Source: Podarcis melisellensis (taxonomy: Eukaryota). Taken from it: a DNA stretch of 64,000 nt. The stretch is taken from the NCBI GenBank assembly GCA_964234715.1, contig OZ174276.1; one strand, given 5' to 3'. Shown one piece after another: positions 36,819-48,393 of the stretch (the stretch's first letter is position 1; each line of letters begins with the position of its first letter). The translations under genes were made by a program, and so were the position numbers. Under the pieces are notes generated by a model. The model made no database searches, was not told where the DNA came from, and saw nothing but the letters and a program-made list of their open reading frames with translations.

Positions 36819-39221
36819 CTGTTTTCCTCCTCTCGGCATTCCCCCATCCTTCTTCAGGAAAGCTGAGACCAGTTCCAGGTGGTTTTGAGTGAGACTTCCT
36901 TTATTAAAGATTTCCTTCTTTCGGTCTGAGAATCAGCAGGCTTACCCACAACATGGCCGCACTAGAACACACCCAGGTCTGCTCATTGCCTTGCTTTCCT
37001 ACAAGATAATGCAGGCTAGTGTGGCTCTTTAAAGCAAGGCTACAGAGCAGGGGTGGGGGAATGTGCGGCATCTCCCCTGACCACTGACCAAGCTGGCTGA
37101 AGCAGATGGAAATTTGATTTCCAGTGTATCCATAACATCTGGAGGACACTGGGCTGGCCACCCCTGCTGTATCAAAGCATTCATTACATAAGTAAATATG
37201 CTTCTCTTCTCAAATCTTAGTACAGGAGCCTTCAATGTTTCACATTCTGGACCGCCAGTATTGTTCTGAGCCTATATTAGAAAATGTGCTTTCTGCAGGC
37301 CAGCACAAAAGCTGAAGTTGACACTTCCTATCTTACGTGGGTTGGTAAGAGCATGCCACAGGATCTCTTTGGCAATAACTTGCTCACTCAGTACAGCAAC
37401 CCAGTCCATTTATTTAAACCCTGTTTATTTTCACCTGCTGAATACTGAAAATCTTGTTTTTCTTTCACCATCTGCCAAAAATATTTTGCTAGTGCAAAAT
37501 CTATTAGATGCTCCGTGTCTGGATTTGTAGAACGAGAGGCTCCAGGGCCCATATAGGAAGCCATTCCTACTGATGCAGAAACTCTGCCTCCTAATGCCAA
37601 ATGTATGTAGCTGCCTGGGACAACTTGGGTTGGTGGTGAAAGCAATGGATTCTAGACATGCTGAAAGCCAAGGTCAATCGCCCTCATTGTTGCAAACATC
37701 CTGGAGGAAACACTGCCTCTGTCACAAAGGAGTAGGTCTGAAATCAAGCTGTGTGCCACAGCTAATGCTGGGCCAGTGCCTTTGGCCTCTGTTTAAATGG
37801 ATGCCTCATTCTGCAGAAGCAGAGATCCACATTTGAGTGGCCCAGTCAATGCAGACTCTGATTTTCACCTTGGCTTCTAGGAAAGCATATTTGGATGCCC
37901 TTCTCCAAAACTTCATCAAAAGTGCACAGCAATGTATTCTGTTTCTAGAAGGCAGATGGAACAGCACACAACTGGATATGACGGGTGGCATGCGCCATCC
38001 CTCCAGGGCCTTCTCCGCACAACAGCTCTTGTAGCATAAATTTGAGCCTTAATTCATGATATTTTTTACTGAGACTTCAGGAATAATATTATCCTAGCAA
38101 TATAACAAAAATGCCAACCAATGCAGACCTATCCCGATAGGCCTGGAAGGAGCGTAAGCTTCTTTAATGTCATTGGTTTCTGGTTAATCTAAACTATATT
38201 TCAAACTTAGCTCTGTATTAGAAGTTGGAAAATATACCCAGGAAGAAATCAGTCTCCTTTTCTTCCTGTGTATCTCCTGCTGAAACTGGTTTGGAAATAC
38301 AGGTAAAGCTTCCTCTAATGCTGACTGCTTTCTACATCAGAAATGCCTGGAGTCAGCATTGTGTGTGAGATACAGAGGGACGGGTGCTTTTAAAGATCTG
38401 TTCCATGATGCTTTTTTCTCTCTGGAAGGGATCAATGGGTTGCTGGTGGCATACTGTGTATGTAGCTCTGTTGAACAAGGTAGGGGGTGGGGTGGGGTGG
38501 AGGGCAGGAGGGGAAAAGATGACAGCACAAAGTGCTTTCAAAGGAGGATCACACAGAGCCAGCTTCTCAGCTGCATCACCTGCAACAGCACCGCTAAGAC
38601 CTGGTAAAGAAAAGGAGACGGAGGCTTGTTTTTAAGCAACCTGCATCCTAAACAGAGGTGTGAAGTTGAAAAACAGGCAAACAGGTTCTTGTATACTTTC
38701 CCTCACCAGAATGCATGTCTACACTGAAAGCGACCTCATCTGTTTATGGCATAATATTGGTTAGCTGCATTTGGTTTTTTGATGAGAGATGTACCGTATA
38801 TTGTTTGCATCCTCTTTGAACCATGCCTCAAGCTCCCTGCCCCCAGCTGGTGGTGGCGGCAGTGAGATTTAGGGCAACTGGGCTGTCCCTCTGGAGATGC
38901 ATAACCACAGTCTAATCCATCATGCTTTTAAATTCTACCAATGTAGCCTGGCATCAGTGGCAAACCCCATATGCTGCCAGCGCAATATCACATGCACCTA
39001 AGATGTCTCAAATTAGCACTGACTTGCTGTCAAGTTTTATGAACGGCGGAGGCAACCATGCCTTCCTCTCGTAGGAACTCGGTGTGCAAAGGGAATAACA
39101 CAAGACGCAAGGGGAATTATATGAGAAGAATGAAAAGCACACACACCAGAAAAACAAAGTAGTCTGTAAGAAAACCATATGCCTAAGGAGCTTCATGGAA
39201 AATGTAAGAGCAGATATTATT

Positions 39222-39365
39222 TGAGACGGATAGCTCAGTTGTGTAGAGAGCTGATAAAACCAAGGTTGCAGGTTGGATCCCCATATGGGACAGCTACATA
39301 TTCCTGCACTGCAAAGGGTTGGACTCGATGATTCTCAGGGTCCCTTCCAATTATATGACTCTGAG
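39222..39365 (+). mobile_element. tRNA-headed SINE with CR1-like 3' tail
   Basis: A-box TAGCTCAGTT, B-box-like GGTTGGATCCC, then TTCCTGCACTGCA...GGACTCGATGA...GGTCCCTTCCAA, which matches the CR1 3' UTR at 25547-25598. Confidence 0.75.
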
Positions 39366-39432
39366 TCTATAACCCTCTGTCTAACAAAGGCCTTCCAAGC
39401 CAGGCTCGTGGCTTGTGAAAGCCAAGCCCATA

Positions 39433-39480
<48 letters not shown>

Positions 39481-39609
39481 TTTATTTATTTGCCTTCCAT
39501 CTGACTGGGTTGCCCCAGCCACTCTAGGTGGCTCCCAACAAAATACTAAAAACACAATAAAACATCAACCATTAAAAACTTCCCTGTACAGGGCTACCTT
39601 CAGATGTCT
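39433..39609 (-). mobile_element. Second copy of the same LINE 3' end, with an (AAT)n microsatellite tail
   Basis: (AAT)n at 39433-39480, followed by sequence paralogous to 36645-36751. Confidence 0.7.
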
Positions 39610-39661
39610 GAAGCAGAGGTTTCATAAGCCCCCAAATTGTTCTGCAGCTTGGAGTGGCATT

Positions 39662-39662
<1 letters not shown>

Positions 39663-39728
<66 letters not shown>
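39663..39728. repeat. Compound (CT)n(GT)n microsatellite
   Basis: Direct read. Confidence 0.95.
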
Positions 39729-42540
39729 AGTGGGGAGAAAACTTTGATTAGGGAGTGGGTGTTAGCTACTCCTGACTTAGAGGCTAAATGGTGCAATTTG
39801 AGCTAGTCAATTACCATTTTGTTCTTGATTCTAATAGCCAGTTCTAGGAGTTTTAGAAAAGTACTGAGAGGCAAAATAAGCACATATAAATGATAGTGGA
39901 AAAATTACTGTATCAGACATCACCAGTTACTACTGGTGTGTATTATCATACAATGTTTTACATGTGAATTTGCTAAACAAAGCTCTGACTCCAACCACTC
40001 CCCACCCCAACTGTATAGCAAATTCTTCAATAGAAGTTCCTAATCCCTTTGTAAAAGCCCAAACCAAGACTTCTTTGACCAGGAAGCCCCCTTACCTAAA
40101 CAAGGTTGAAACTTGCTTATTTTAAATATGGGTGTCCACTGATTTCTTTGCCATTTTATGCATTCTTTATATCTCTTATTTCTTTATATCTTACACACCA
40201 GAACCATATCCACTAATTTTGGCTATGTGTTGACATGCTCTCATTAGAGTCTTATTAAGCTAATTACTCCCAATACAAAACAGGAAGTACATTTTTGAAA
40301 ATCAGCTATCATGATGATGAACCATTCCAACAGCTACCATTAACATTGATTTAATTCCATTAGGGTTCCAGCAGCAAATCTTTAATAAGAATAACTCCTG
40401 TTTAAACAGCAAGTAAATTGAGTGTTGGTAATACAAAATCTATAGAGCACTGTGTTCCCTTCTCCCCCATATCAATCTAATTTATTCAGCTGTTCTTGCT
40501 CAGGGGTTTAAATGGATAATTCACAGAAGCTCTGTGGTAGGTAAAGAGAAAAGGCAGGAATAGATGGGGAGGTGACAAAAATGATGCCAGACTTTTGATC
40601 ACTTGGCAAAAGAATGCTGGCACATAGCAGGAAAGGTGGCAGTAAACTCACATGCAGCAAAATGGGATTCATGCGCCAAGCCATAAATGGGAATGCATCA
40701 TTATTTAAAGATGGGGCTTTTTGGTAGGCTCATTCCTGCAAAATAGGCAGAAGATAAATGCATAGAGAAAACAAGAAGAAGATAGTTTGAAGCCAGCAGG
40801 AGGATCATAGAATCGTATGCTTCATAGTTGCACAGACCAGTGAGCAAACCCAAGTTAAACATTTTAAAGTGGTTAGGGAAGCTCATCGGATCAACTCTGG
40901 TCTATCTCCCAATAGCTCCCTCCTTCAATATAGCAAGGAATGGGGAAATGGGGAATGTCCATTTTGATCTCTCTTGGTTTCTCATTTATAAAATCTTAAA
41001 GTCAGTTTTCTGAGTTTTCACATCAGTTTGCATTAAAAAATAAAAATAAAAGTCCTCATGAAAGTTCATGATTTTAGTACAAATCTCTCCTAATCCTTTT
41101 GTATGCAATTTCCCCTAATACATGTCTTACAAAGCCTATTTTCTTAATTTAATGCATTTTTTATGTTAATTGCAATAATAGATTGGAGAAGTGCATTGCA
41201 AAATTCACTGAATTGTGAATTTCAAGAGAATGGCAATGTTTCAGTTTGCATAGTGTTTTGGAATGTGCAAATTAGGTAGGTTCACCTTTAAATGAGAAAT
41301 AAATTTACTTTCTCTCCTGTCCCTACATCTAAGACTTTGGGACATCCTCATTAGCAGCCCATGGATGGCCATCTCAAAACTCACTACTACTTGACTTCTG
41401 ACGCTATTAGAGTAAGCTGAAAACACTCAAATGAGGCTTATTCAACAGCATGTTTGCGAGAATATTTGAAAAAAGGGGGGTTTCCTTTAAAAAGCTTAAC
41501 AATTTTGAGGTCTTCTTAATAAAAGCTCAACAACTTTCGGGGTGTCCTGGTTATTACATTTTGGAATATGGCAAACCTATTTAAATCCCACAATCATGGA
41601 AGATCTGCAGTATTTGTTGATTCACAAATCCTCATGCACAATCTCCACCTGAAACTCTGGGCCATCCTTCACAATGGCATAGCACCACATGGCTCCAGAG
41701 AATTTGATGTGTTTACAAGTAGCCGAGATTAGTGATACCAGAAAGTGGACCCTTCCTACTCTGAGTCATGTACCATACAAGCATCTGCTTCAGAACCATT
41801 AGGGTTTAGAAACCATCATAAAGATGAAAAATGTACACAGGGCATTTAGCTCACAGCTTTTGCTAATCTTTGATATATACACTGAGTTCTTTAAAATTAA
41901 TACATGCCTTGCTTAGCGAGGTGGGCTGAGCAAAAATGGATAAGGGCCCTGCATGGAGTATAACCAGAGTTGCACAGAAAGCAACACTCTTGACTTTTCC
42001 CTGTCCTCAAAATACTTGCTCTTGTGAAAACTCAAGATGGCATCTGCCCCTTTTGTACCTGATTTCCATGAGCAAGCAATAATTGTAAAAGAAAACCCAC
42101 CTACTGCGAAAAGAGCCATATTGCGCTCAGTGGTGATATTGCACATCATCACTAATGACAATCCTTGAATCCAAGCACATTGACTAGAGTGGATCCAGGC
42201 AGGAGCAGACACAAATATATACTAAAAATAGTACCTGCACGCCCACACACGAAACCACTGACCCCCAACAACCTGACACACAGCTATGTCCAGAAAATCC
42301 AGAATGAATATCCACAGCAAGGGACAGAGAACGAGTGAGCTGCAGAATCCCACATTCAGCCAGCGGCATTTTAATGACGCAGTCAGCAAAAGAGAACAAA
42401 ATAACACTACTATAAATTACCACTCTGTTATTATTGTAAGTGACAGCATAATCAATGAAAAGACAACGTGTGGCCAAAATACTTGTTTGTAATTTTTTAA
42501 AAAGTGCTTATTCATAGTGGGGAGGAAATAAATACAGTGT

Positions 42541-42642
42541 GAATTGTAGAACTGTAGTTGGAAGGGACCCACTGCAACACACGAATCGAACTCACAACAC
42601 TGCGATTAAGAGTCTCCTGCTCTACCAACTGAGCTATGGCCC
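42541..42642 (-). mobile_element. tRNA(Lys)-like SINE with CR1-like tail
   Basis: Minus strand GGGCCATAGCTCAGTTGGTAGAGCAGGAGACTCTTAATC...GAGTTCGATTC...GGGTCCCTTCCAACT..TTCTACAATTC. Confidence 0.75.
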
Positions 42643-43039
42643 ATGTAGGGTGTGTGTGTGTGGGTGTCCACACATAGCACAGTGACCTTGATTTGACTTT
42701 CAAAGTTCTTAAATGGAGAAATACTACCACATCTGAACCCTGTTCTTCTGCCTCCTGGTTTCCAGTCAGAGCCAATTCATAGAACCCTTGGTGTGTCATA
42801 AGGGACATGAGGGGCAAGTGGAAGCATATTGTAGTTGTGTCCCAGTCAAAGCAGCCGTTTAATTCCCTTGCCACTTGCCCACAATATCGTTCGGAATGCC
42901 TGAGGAAGGGCAGGGAAAACTATGACTTGTCATCAGCTGGACCGTCTCCACCCACAGAAACTTGTTTTTATGTTTTGATCACCATCTGAAGTCCTGCTCA
43001 GTGTTGCTCTGCTTTTCTTTGGGCCACATCAGCAAGGCC

Positions 43040-43063
43040 GTGTGTGTGTGTGTGTGTGTGTGT
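43040..43063. repeat. (GT)n microsatellite
   Basis: Direct read. Confidence 0.9.
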
Positions 43064-43195
43064 GGGCTATTGTCGTCTGGAAGGGCACTTCAGTGCTGTT
43101 AACACAGCGGTTTGACTTCACCACTGGAGGTGCACTCCATTTAGACAGATGGATGCCAGCAATCGGAGATAAACCAGGCTGGGGAAACTCAATGA

Positions 43196-43321
43196 ATGAA
43201 TCATAGAATTGGAAGGGACCACAAGTGCCATCTACTCCAATGCAGGAATCTTTGGCCCAATGTGGGGCTCGATCACACAACTCTGAGATTAAGAGCTTCA
43301 TATCTTACCAACTGAGTTATC
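43196..43321 (-). mobile_element. tRNA(Lys)-like SINE with CR1-like tail (second copy)
   Basis: Minus strand ATAACTCAGTTGGTAAGA...CTCTTAATCTCAG...GATTCCTGCATTG...GGTCCCTTCCAATTCTATGATTC. Confidence 0.75.
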
Positions 43322-44629
43322 CTCCAAACTGCTCCAAACTTCCATCAGTCCCATCCAGTACAGTCAATAATTTACAGTCTCTATCCCTTTCTAAAGTGAA
43401 AGAAGTTGAAACTAGTTTAGCTTTCACCTCCTCTTCCTGTAAAGGAACACAGCAGAGCCAGTATCATCTTGCTTAGATGGGTAAATGAAAGAACAAAGGC
43501 ACCGTAAGCTCTGGGATCACTCTGTCCCAGCCCTCTGCGAATTATCACATGTTTCCCTCAGATGAAGAGGTCCTTCTTTTCTTTAATTAGCTGTTGGCTC
43601 CACAGGAGGTAGAGAAGCAAACAAAATCACAAATCGGAGGAAAAAAGACTAGATCAAGGAAGTGAACCAGTAAGTTAGTGATACTTGCTACAGTCCTAGC
43701 ACCTTAATCCACACTTCTTCACAAATGATTACTGCGCCAAAAGGATATGCCACATTTCTACAAGAAACTATCTTGCATTTGCCCGTAGACCTTTTAGTTT
43801 CCGATCCTTTCTGCAGGCACATTTTCCTTACATACCGTGGCACAGATGGGTGATATTTTCATGCTGCAATGGTTATTGGGTTTTAATGTTACTTAGTGAC
43901 AACTTTACAACATTTGTACAGTCACCTGTTCAAGCCCCCTGCTGTTTGATGCACTAAGGATTAAGCTTTAAAACTCTTAAATGAGCTTTAAAAGTGCCTG
44001 AAAAGGTTACACTGGTATTTTGCAAACTGAGTGTGCACATTAGCTACTGTTTTGAGAGGTTCTTCCTTTGTAGACTTTTTTTTTTAAGAATGTCCTCCTA
44101 TTGAATTACTTCCTTTTCTAAGCTTTCAAACAATTGTGTACCAGTAGTTTTATCACAGCAGGCCAGTCTACAGCTCCTGCCACAACCACAGATTTTTGTT
44201 TCATTTGCTCTCCCCCCTCCCATCTTTCAGGCTTGACTATCTCTGGGACCTTTTTGACTTAGACGCAGCTAAACACCTGGCTGCATAATTCTTGTGTTCC
44301 TGCTGCCTTTGTTCCTATGGACCTACGGTGATCTCATACACATATTTAACATTCCAGCCTTGGCTGACTTTGTGTTGCCAACACCACAGTGAGAGAGGTA
44401 ATGAATGAATTAGAAGCAAAAGCCTCAATGGATGGAAATTAATATCCAGATATTTGTTAGAGGAAACTAGTGCTGTGCCTTCTTTCAACTGAAGCAAGAA
44501 GAAACTGCATGATGTGTTTAGAGTCAATGTGTGCCTTGGCAAGAGGGAAACCAAAGAAAGGAACCCAATGGATCAGCTTCATTGGAAATGTTAATTGCTC
44601 TATACTGCATTGCATTGTAGCTTGTATTC

Positions 44630-44788
44630 TAGGGCTGCCATATGTCTGGACATTACCAGGATTACAAAGGTGGAAATTGACATTGGGGGGAATTTCCGAA
44701 AGTTCAGATTATTTTCCTTAAAAAAGCTCAACAACCTGTGGGCTTTTGGGGTGTCCTGGTTCTTACTTTTTGAAACATGGCAACCCTA
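44630..44788. mobile_element. MITE with TAGGG(T/C)TGCCA termini
   Basis: TAGGGCTGCCATATGT ... ACATGGCAACCCTA inverted ends; a related partial copy at about 41500-41579 (AAAAGCTCAACAAC...GGGTGTCCTGGTT...ATGGCAAACCTA). Confidence 0.7.
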
Positions 44789-45383
44789 TATTTCATTGTA
44801 TTATATGTAGATTTCCAGTTTCATTTATGTACCCTATTTGTTATTTTGTAATCTGCTTAGAGACTATCTTAGTATAAGTGGTACGTAAAATATATAAAAT
44901 AAATAAATCGACAGGTTTCGCCCACCAGATCACATATTTGCCTTTGAATCTGCTTTCCCATTCTGCTTTGATTGTCTTTAGAAATTCTCAAAACTCAATG
45001 TTTCATACACACTCTCACACACACACTTGTTTTGCTCTGCTTTATTTCCTTAGACCCTCTGTTCATGTCTTTTACTCCCCTTCCCCGCAATCAAACCAAG
45101 GTTGCTCTCCTTCCCCCAATGATTGTAGGCTGTTCCTTCAGGACCCTAATTATCTCTTTGCTTGGTTATTTACGATTAAATAGGAAGAAACTAACTTTTG
45201 CTCTGGCTGTGATAATTGTGTCTTCAGATCAACTGATTTCCAGCATGTTGGGGTAGTGGTGGTCTTCTGCTCATAATAATTGGTGGGGGTCAAGTTCCTT
45301 AATCTCTAGGGGTAGCAAAGCAGTTGAACATGATGTGAACTGATGTGACAGCACTAGGATAACAGTGATACTAATTTTATGTA

Positions 45384-45626
45384 CAGTGGTACCTCGGGTT
45401 ATGTACGCTTCAGATTACATACGCTTTAGGTTACAGATTCCGCTAACCCAAGAAATAGTACCTTGGGTTAAGAACTTTGCTTCAGGATGAGAACAGAAAT
45501 CGTGCTCTGGCGGTTCAGCGGCAGCAGGAGGCCCCATTAGCTAAAGTGGTGCTTCAGGTTAAGAACAGTTTCAGGTTAAGAACGGATCTCCGGAACGAAT
45601 TAAGTACTTAACCCAAGGTACCACTG
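45384..45626. mobile_element. Tc1/mariner-superfamily (pogo/Tigger-like) MITE, 243 bp
   Basis: TIRs CAGTGGTACCTCGGGTTATGTAC and GTACTTAACCCAAGGTACCACTG, flanked by TA at 45382-45383 and 45627-45628. Confidence 0.9.
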
Positions 45627-46169
45627 TACTAGATGATGTACAGTGTACCATTAATCTTCACAGAATGGGCCTGGCACAGCAGTTGTATCCATTCACATCT
45701 CCTCCTGCTAGCATGGCCCTTAAAAAATTTCAGTATGTTACAACCCCATTTTTTAAAACAGACTGTAAATCTGATATGTGAGGGATGTGTGCCACTTATT
45801 TCTATTAATAACAAAGCTTCCAGTTTCTCATTATTATGAAAACCTGGTTAAGGGTGACATATATGATGCTTTAAGCAATTATGACAGCTCCTTCTTTCCA
45901 AAGAATAGCTGGTTTTCCTTAAAATGAATGTGCTGAGATTTCTGCTTTTAATTTTTTTAAGTATGATGTTCATTAGAATGACTCATTAGGAACACATATT
46001 CAGAAATAATGGGCAAAACTTCCCAAAGCTGTTAAGTCCAATTTTGTTTTAACATAGAGAAAGAATTGGTTATCATGAGCATTTAATGGCGACTCTAAAC
46101 TTTACACTGCTCTCTTTCTCTCTTTGTTCTTGTGAAAGAGTTTGAAGAAGGAACTAGTGTCAGAGTCCC

Positions 46170-47110
46170 TTAACCCAAGCGTGATTACAGGGTGACCTCA
46201 TCCAAAGAAGCTGGGAGTGGGGAATTCTGCTCCTACTTACAGGGCCATATCTAGAGAGCAGCACTGGGTGGCTATACTTAGCCGCCCTGGCACTAGCTGT
46301 AATCTTGTCCCCAATGCTCTTTAAGCCATTAGGAATGGCCATCGCGGGATTTGGAGCACTGTGTCATCAGTATACTGATGATATCCAGCTCCATTTCTCT
46401 ATTAGCATATCCTGGACTAGTCTCTGGATGAAGTGGTAGGTTGGAGGAGGGAAAATAAACAGGAGACTGAATCCTGAAAAGACAGAAGTCCGGTGGTTTG
46501 GTGGCCCCTGGGTCTGGGAATTTCATAGCTGCCCGCCCTCCATTTGAAGGAGCAAGTGCGCAGCTTGGGGTGCGGGTATGTGTGCGCACCCCTGAGGATG
46601 TTCTTAGATCTACCTTTCTCACTGGAGGCCCAAGTGGGTACAGCAACTACTTTTGGCTGGTTCTCCAGCTACAAATGTGTCTGGCCAGGGAGAGCCTCAC
46701 CCTTTGACTCATGCATAGGGAAACTTAAGGCTGGATGTCTGTAATACACTCTCTGTGGGGCTGGCCTTACAGCTAGTGCAGCAGCTGCAGCTAGTGCAGA
46801 ATGTTGCAGCTGGATTGCTTCCTGGAGACCTTTTCATGCACATGTTAACATCTCTCTTACATTTGTTGCTATACTGGCTCCCAATATGCTGCTAAAGCTC
46901 TCAAGATCTCGAGAGCAGGCTATTTTAAGGAAAATCTTCTCCCACATCATCTGACACCATCACTGAGGTCAGCTAGAGGCCCACATGGCTGTGCTGCTGC
47001 CTTGAAAGGTTCATCTTGCAATTACCAGGGATATGGCCTTTTCCATTGTGACACTATCTCTGTGGAACCATCTCCCCTCTGAGTTATGGCAGGCACCCAC
47101 ATTAATCCCT
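46170..47110 (+). mobile_element. Degraded L2 LINE ORF2 fragment
   Basis: Frameshifted motifs in order: ILSPMLF, HQYTDDIQL (YADD-like), LNPEKTEV, VRSLG, LQLVQNVAA, YWLP, AFSIV..LWNHLP. Boundaries are approximate. Confidence 0.8.
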
Positions 47111-47872
47111 GCTGCATATGGAGATTCAGGGGGGTTGGTTAATTTCTAACTTTTTCCCTAGTTCCAGGAATTTAGGGGAGTCTTGCCCCCCCCAAACTTA
47201 TAACAATATCAACATTTCTGATACCAAATTATTCCACTTCATAGAACTGACAAAGCCAGGGTTCAGTGTGTATGGAAATACTTGTGTTCTATATTAGGCA
47301 AAAGAGCCTCATATAAAAACTAATAAAGTCAATTGCTCATAAGGTCCTTCATTTCTTTTTAAACAACCTATCCATGCAGATACATTTGGTGACATTGATT
47401 TGTTTGTTCTTAAGAGTTTTTTTTTTGGGGGGGGGAAAGGTCACATTCACCATTTATAATCTCAGCAGAAGGGCCAGAGCTATCAATTCTCAGCTCTAAT
47501 TCCCTATCTCATAACTGTCAGATTATGAAACTGCAAACTGTAAGCCTCAGGAGTTTACAGAAAAACATCTCCTTATTCTCTCCTGCCGCTTTAATCAGAT
47601 GAATTAATAAAAGCAGGATTCAACATTTGCTATTCACTCCAATATTGAGGGGAGCGGGAGCGGAGGGAAATAGGACATTGGATTCTCTAATCTTTTCTTA
47701 AAAAGAAAAGAAAAAGAAGATAAGCACACTGAAACTCACTGAGTACTCACTTACCAATCACCTTTCTACCCCAGTCCCAGGTTTTTCCAACTATGACATC
47801 TTTTAAGCCTCTCTGAGTGCATCACATAATCACCTTCTGTCCATAAAGCAAGAGTCCTACTCTATTTTGCCT

Positions 47873-48393
47873 TGACCACAACTGGAATCCTGTGTCCAAT
47901 TCTGGGCATCACAATTTTAGAAGAATGTTGCCAAGCTGGAACGTGTGCAGATGAGGGCAACCAAGGTGATCAAGGGTCTGGAAACCAAGCCTTATGAGGA
48001 GCGCTTGGATGAGCTGGGTATGTTTAGCCTGGAAAAAAGGAGACTGAGAGAAGGTATGATAGCCATCTTCAAAAGATCCTAAAGGCTGTCACATGGAAGA
48101 GGGAGCAGGCTTGTTTTCTCCTGACCTGGAGGGTAGGACGTGAACCAATGGCTTCAAGTTACAAGAAAGGAGATTCCGACTAAACACACAGAAAAGCTTT
48201 CTGACAGTAAGAGCTGTCTGACAGTGGAACAGACTCCCTCGGGAGGTTGTAGACTCTCCTTCCTTGGAGGCTTTTAAGCAGATGTTGGATGGCTATCTGA
48301 GAGGGATGCTTTAGCTGAGATTCCTGCATTGCAGGGAGTTGGACTTGATGACCCTTGAGTCCCTTACAACTCTACGGTTCTCTGATTCTATAT
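47873..48393 (+). mobile_element. CR1 LINE 3' fragment
   Basis: Degenerate CR1 ORF2 C-terminus (CVQFWA...[39 protein letters not shown]). The 3' UTR has GTCCCTTACAACTC and TTCT(A/C)TG-type terminal repeats. Confidence 0.9.

Noticed and set aside
42575-42642. Possible tRNA-Lys(CTT) gene on the minus strand
   Set aside because: The T-stem and acceptor stem do not pair, and the sequence runs directly into a CR1-like tail, so it is a SINE head.
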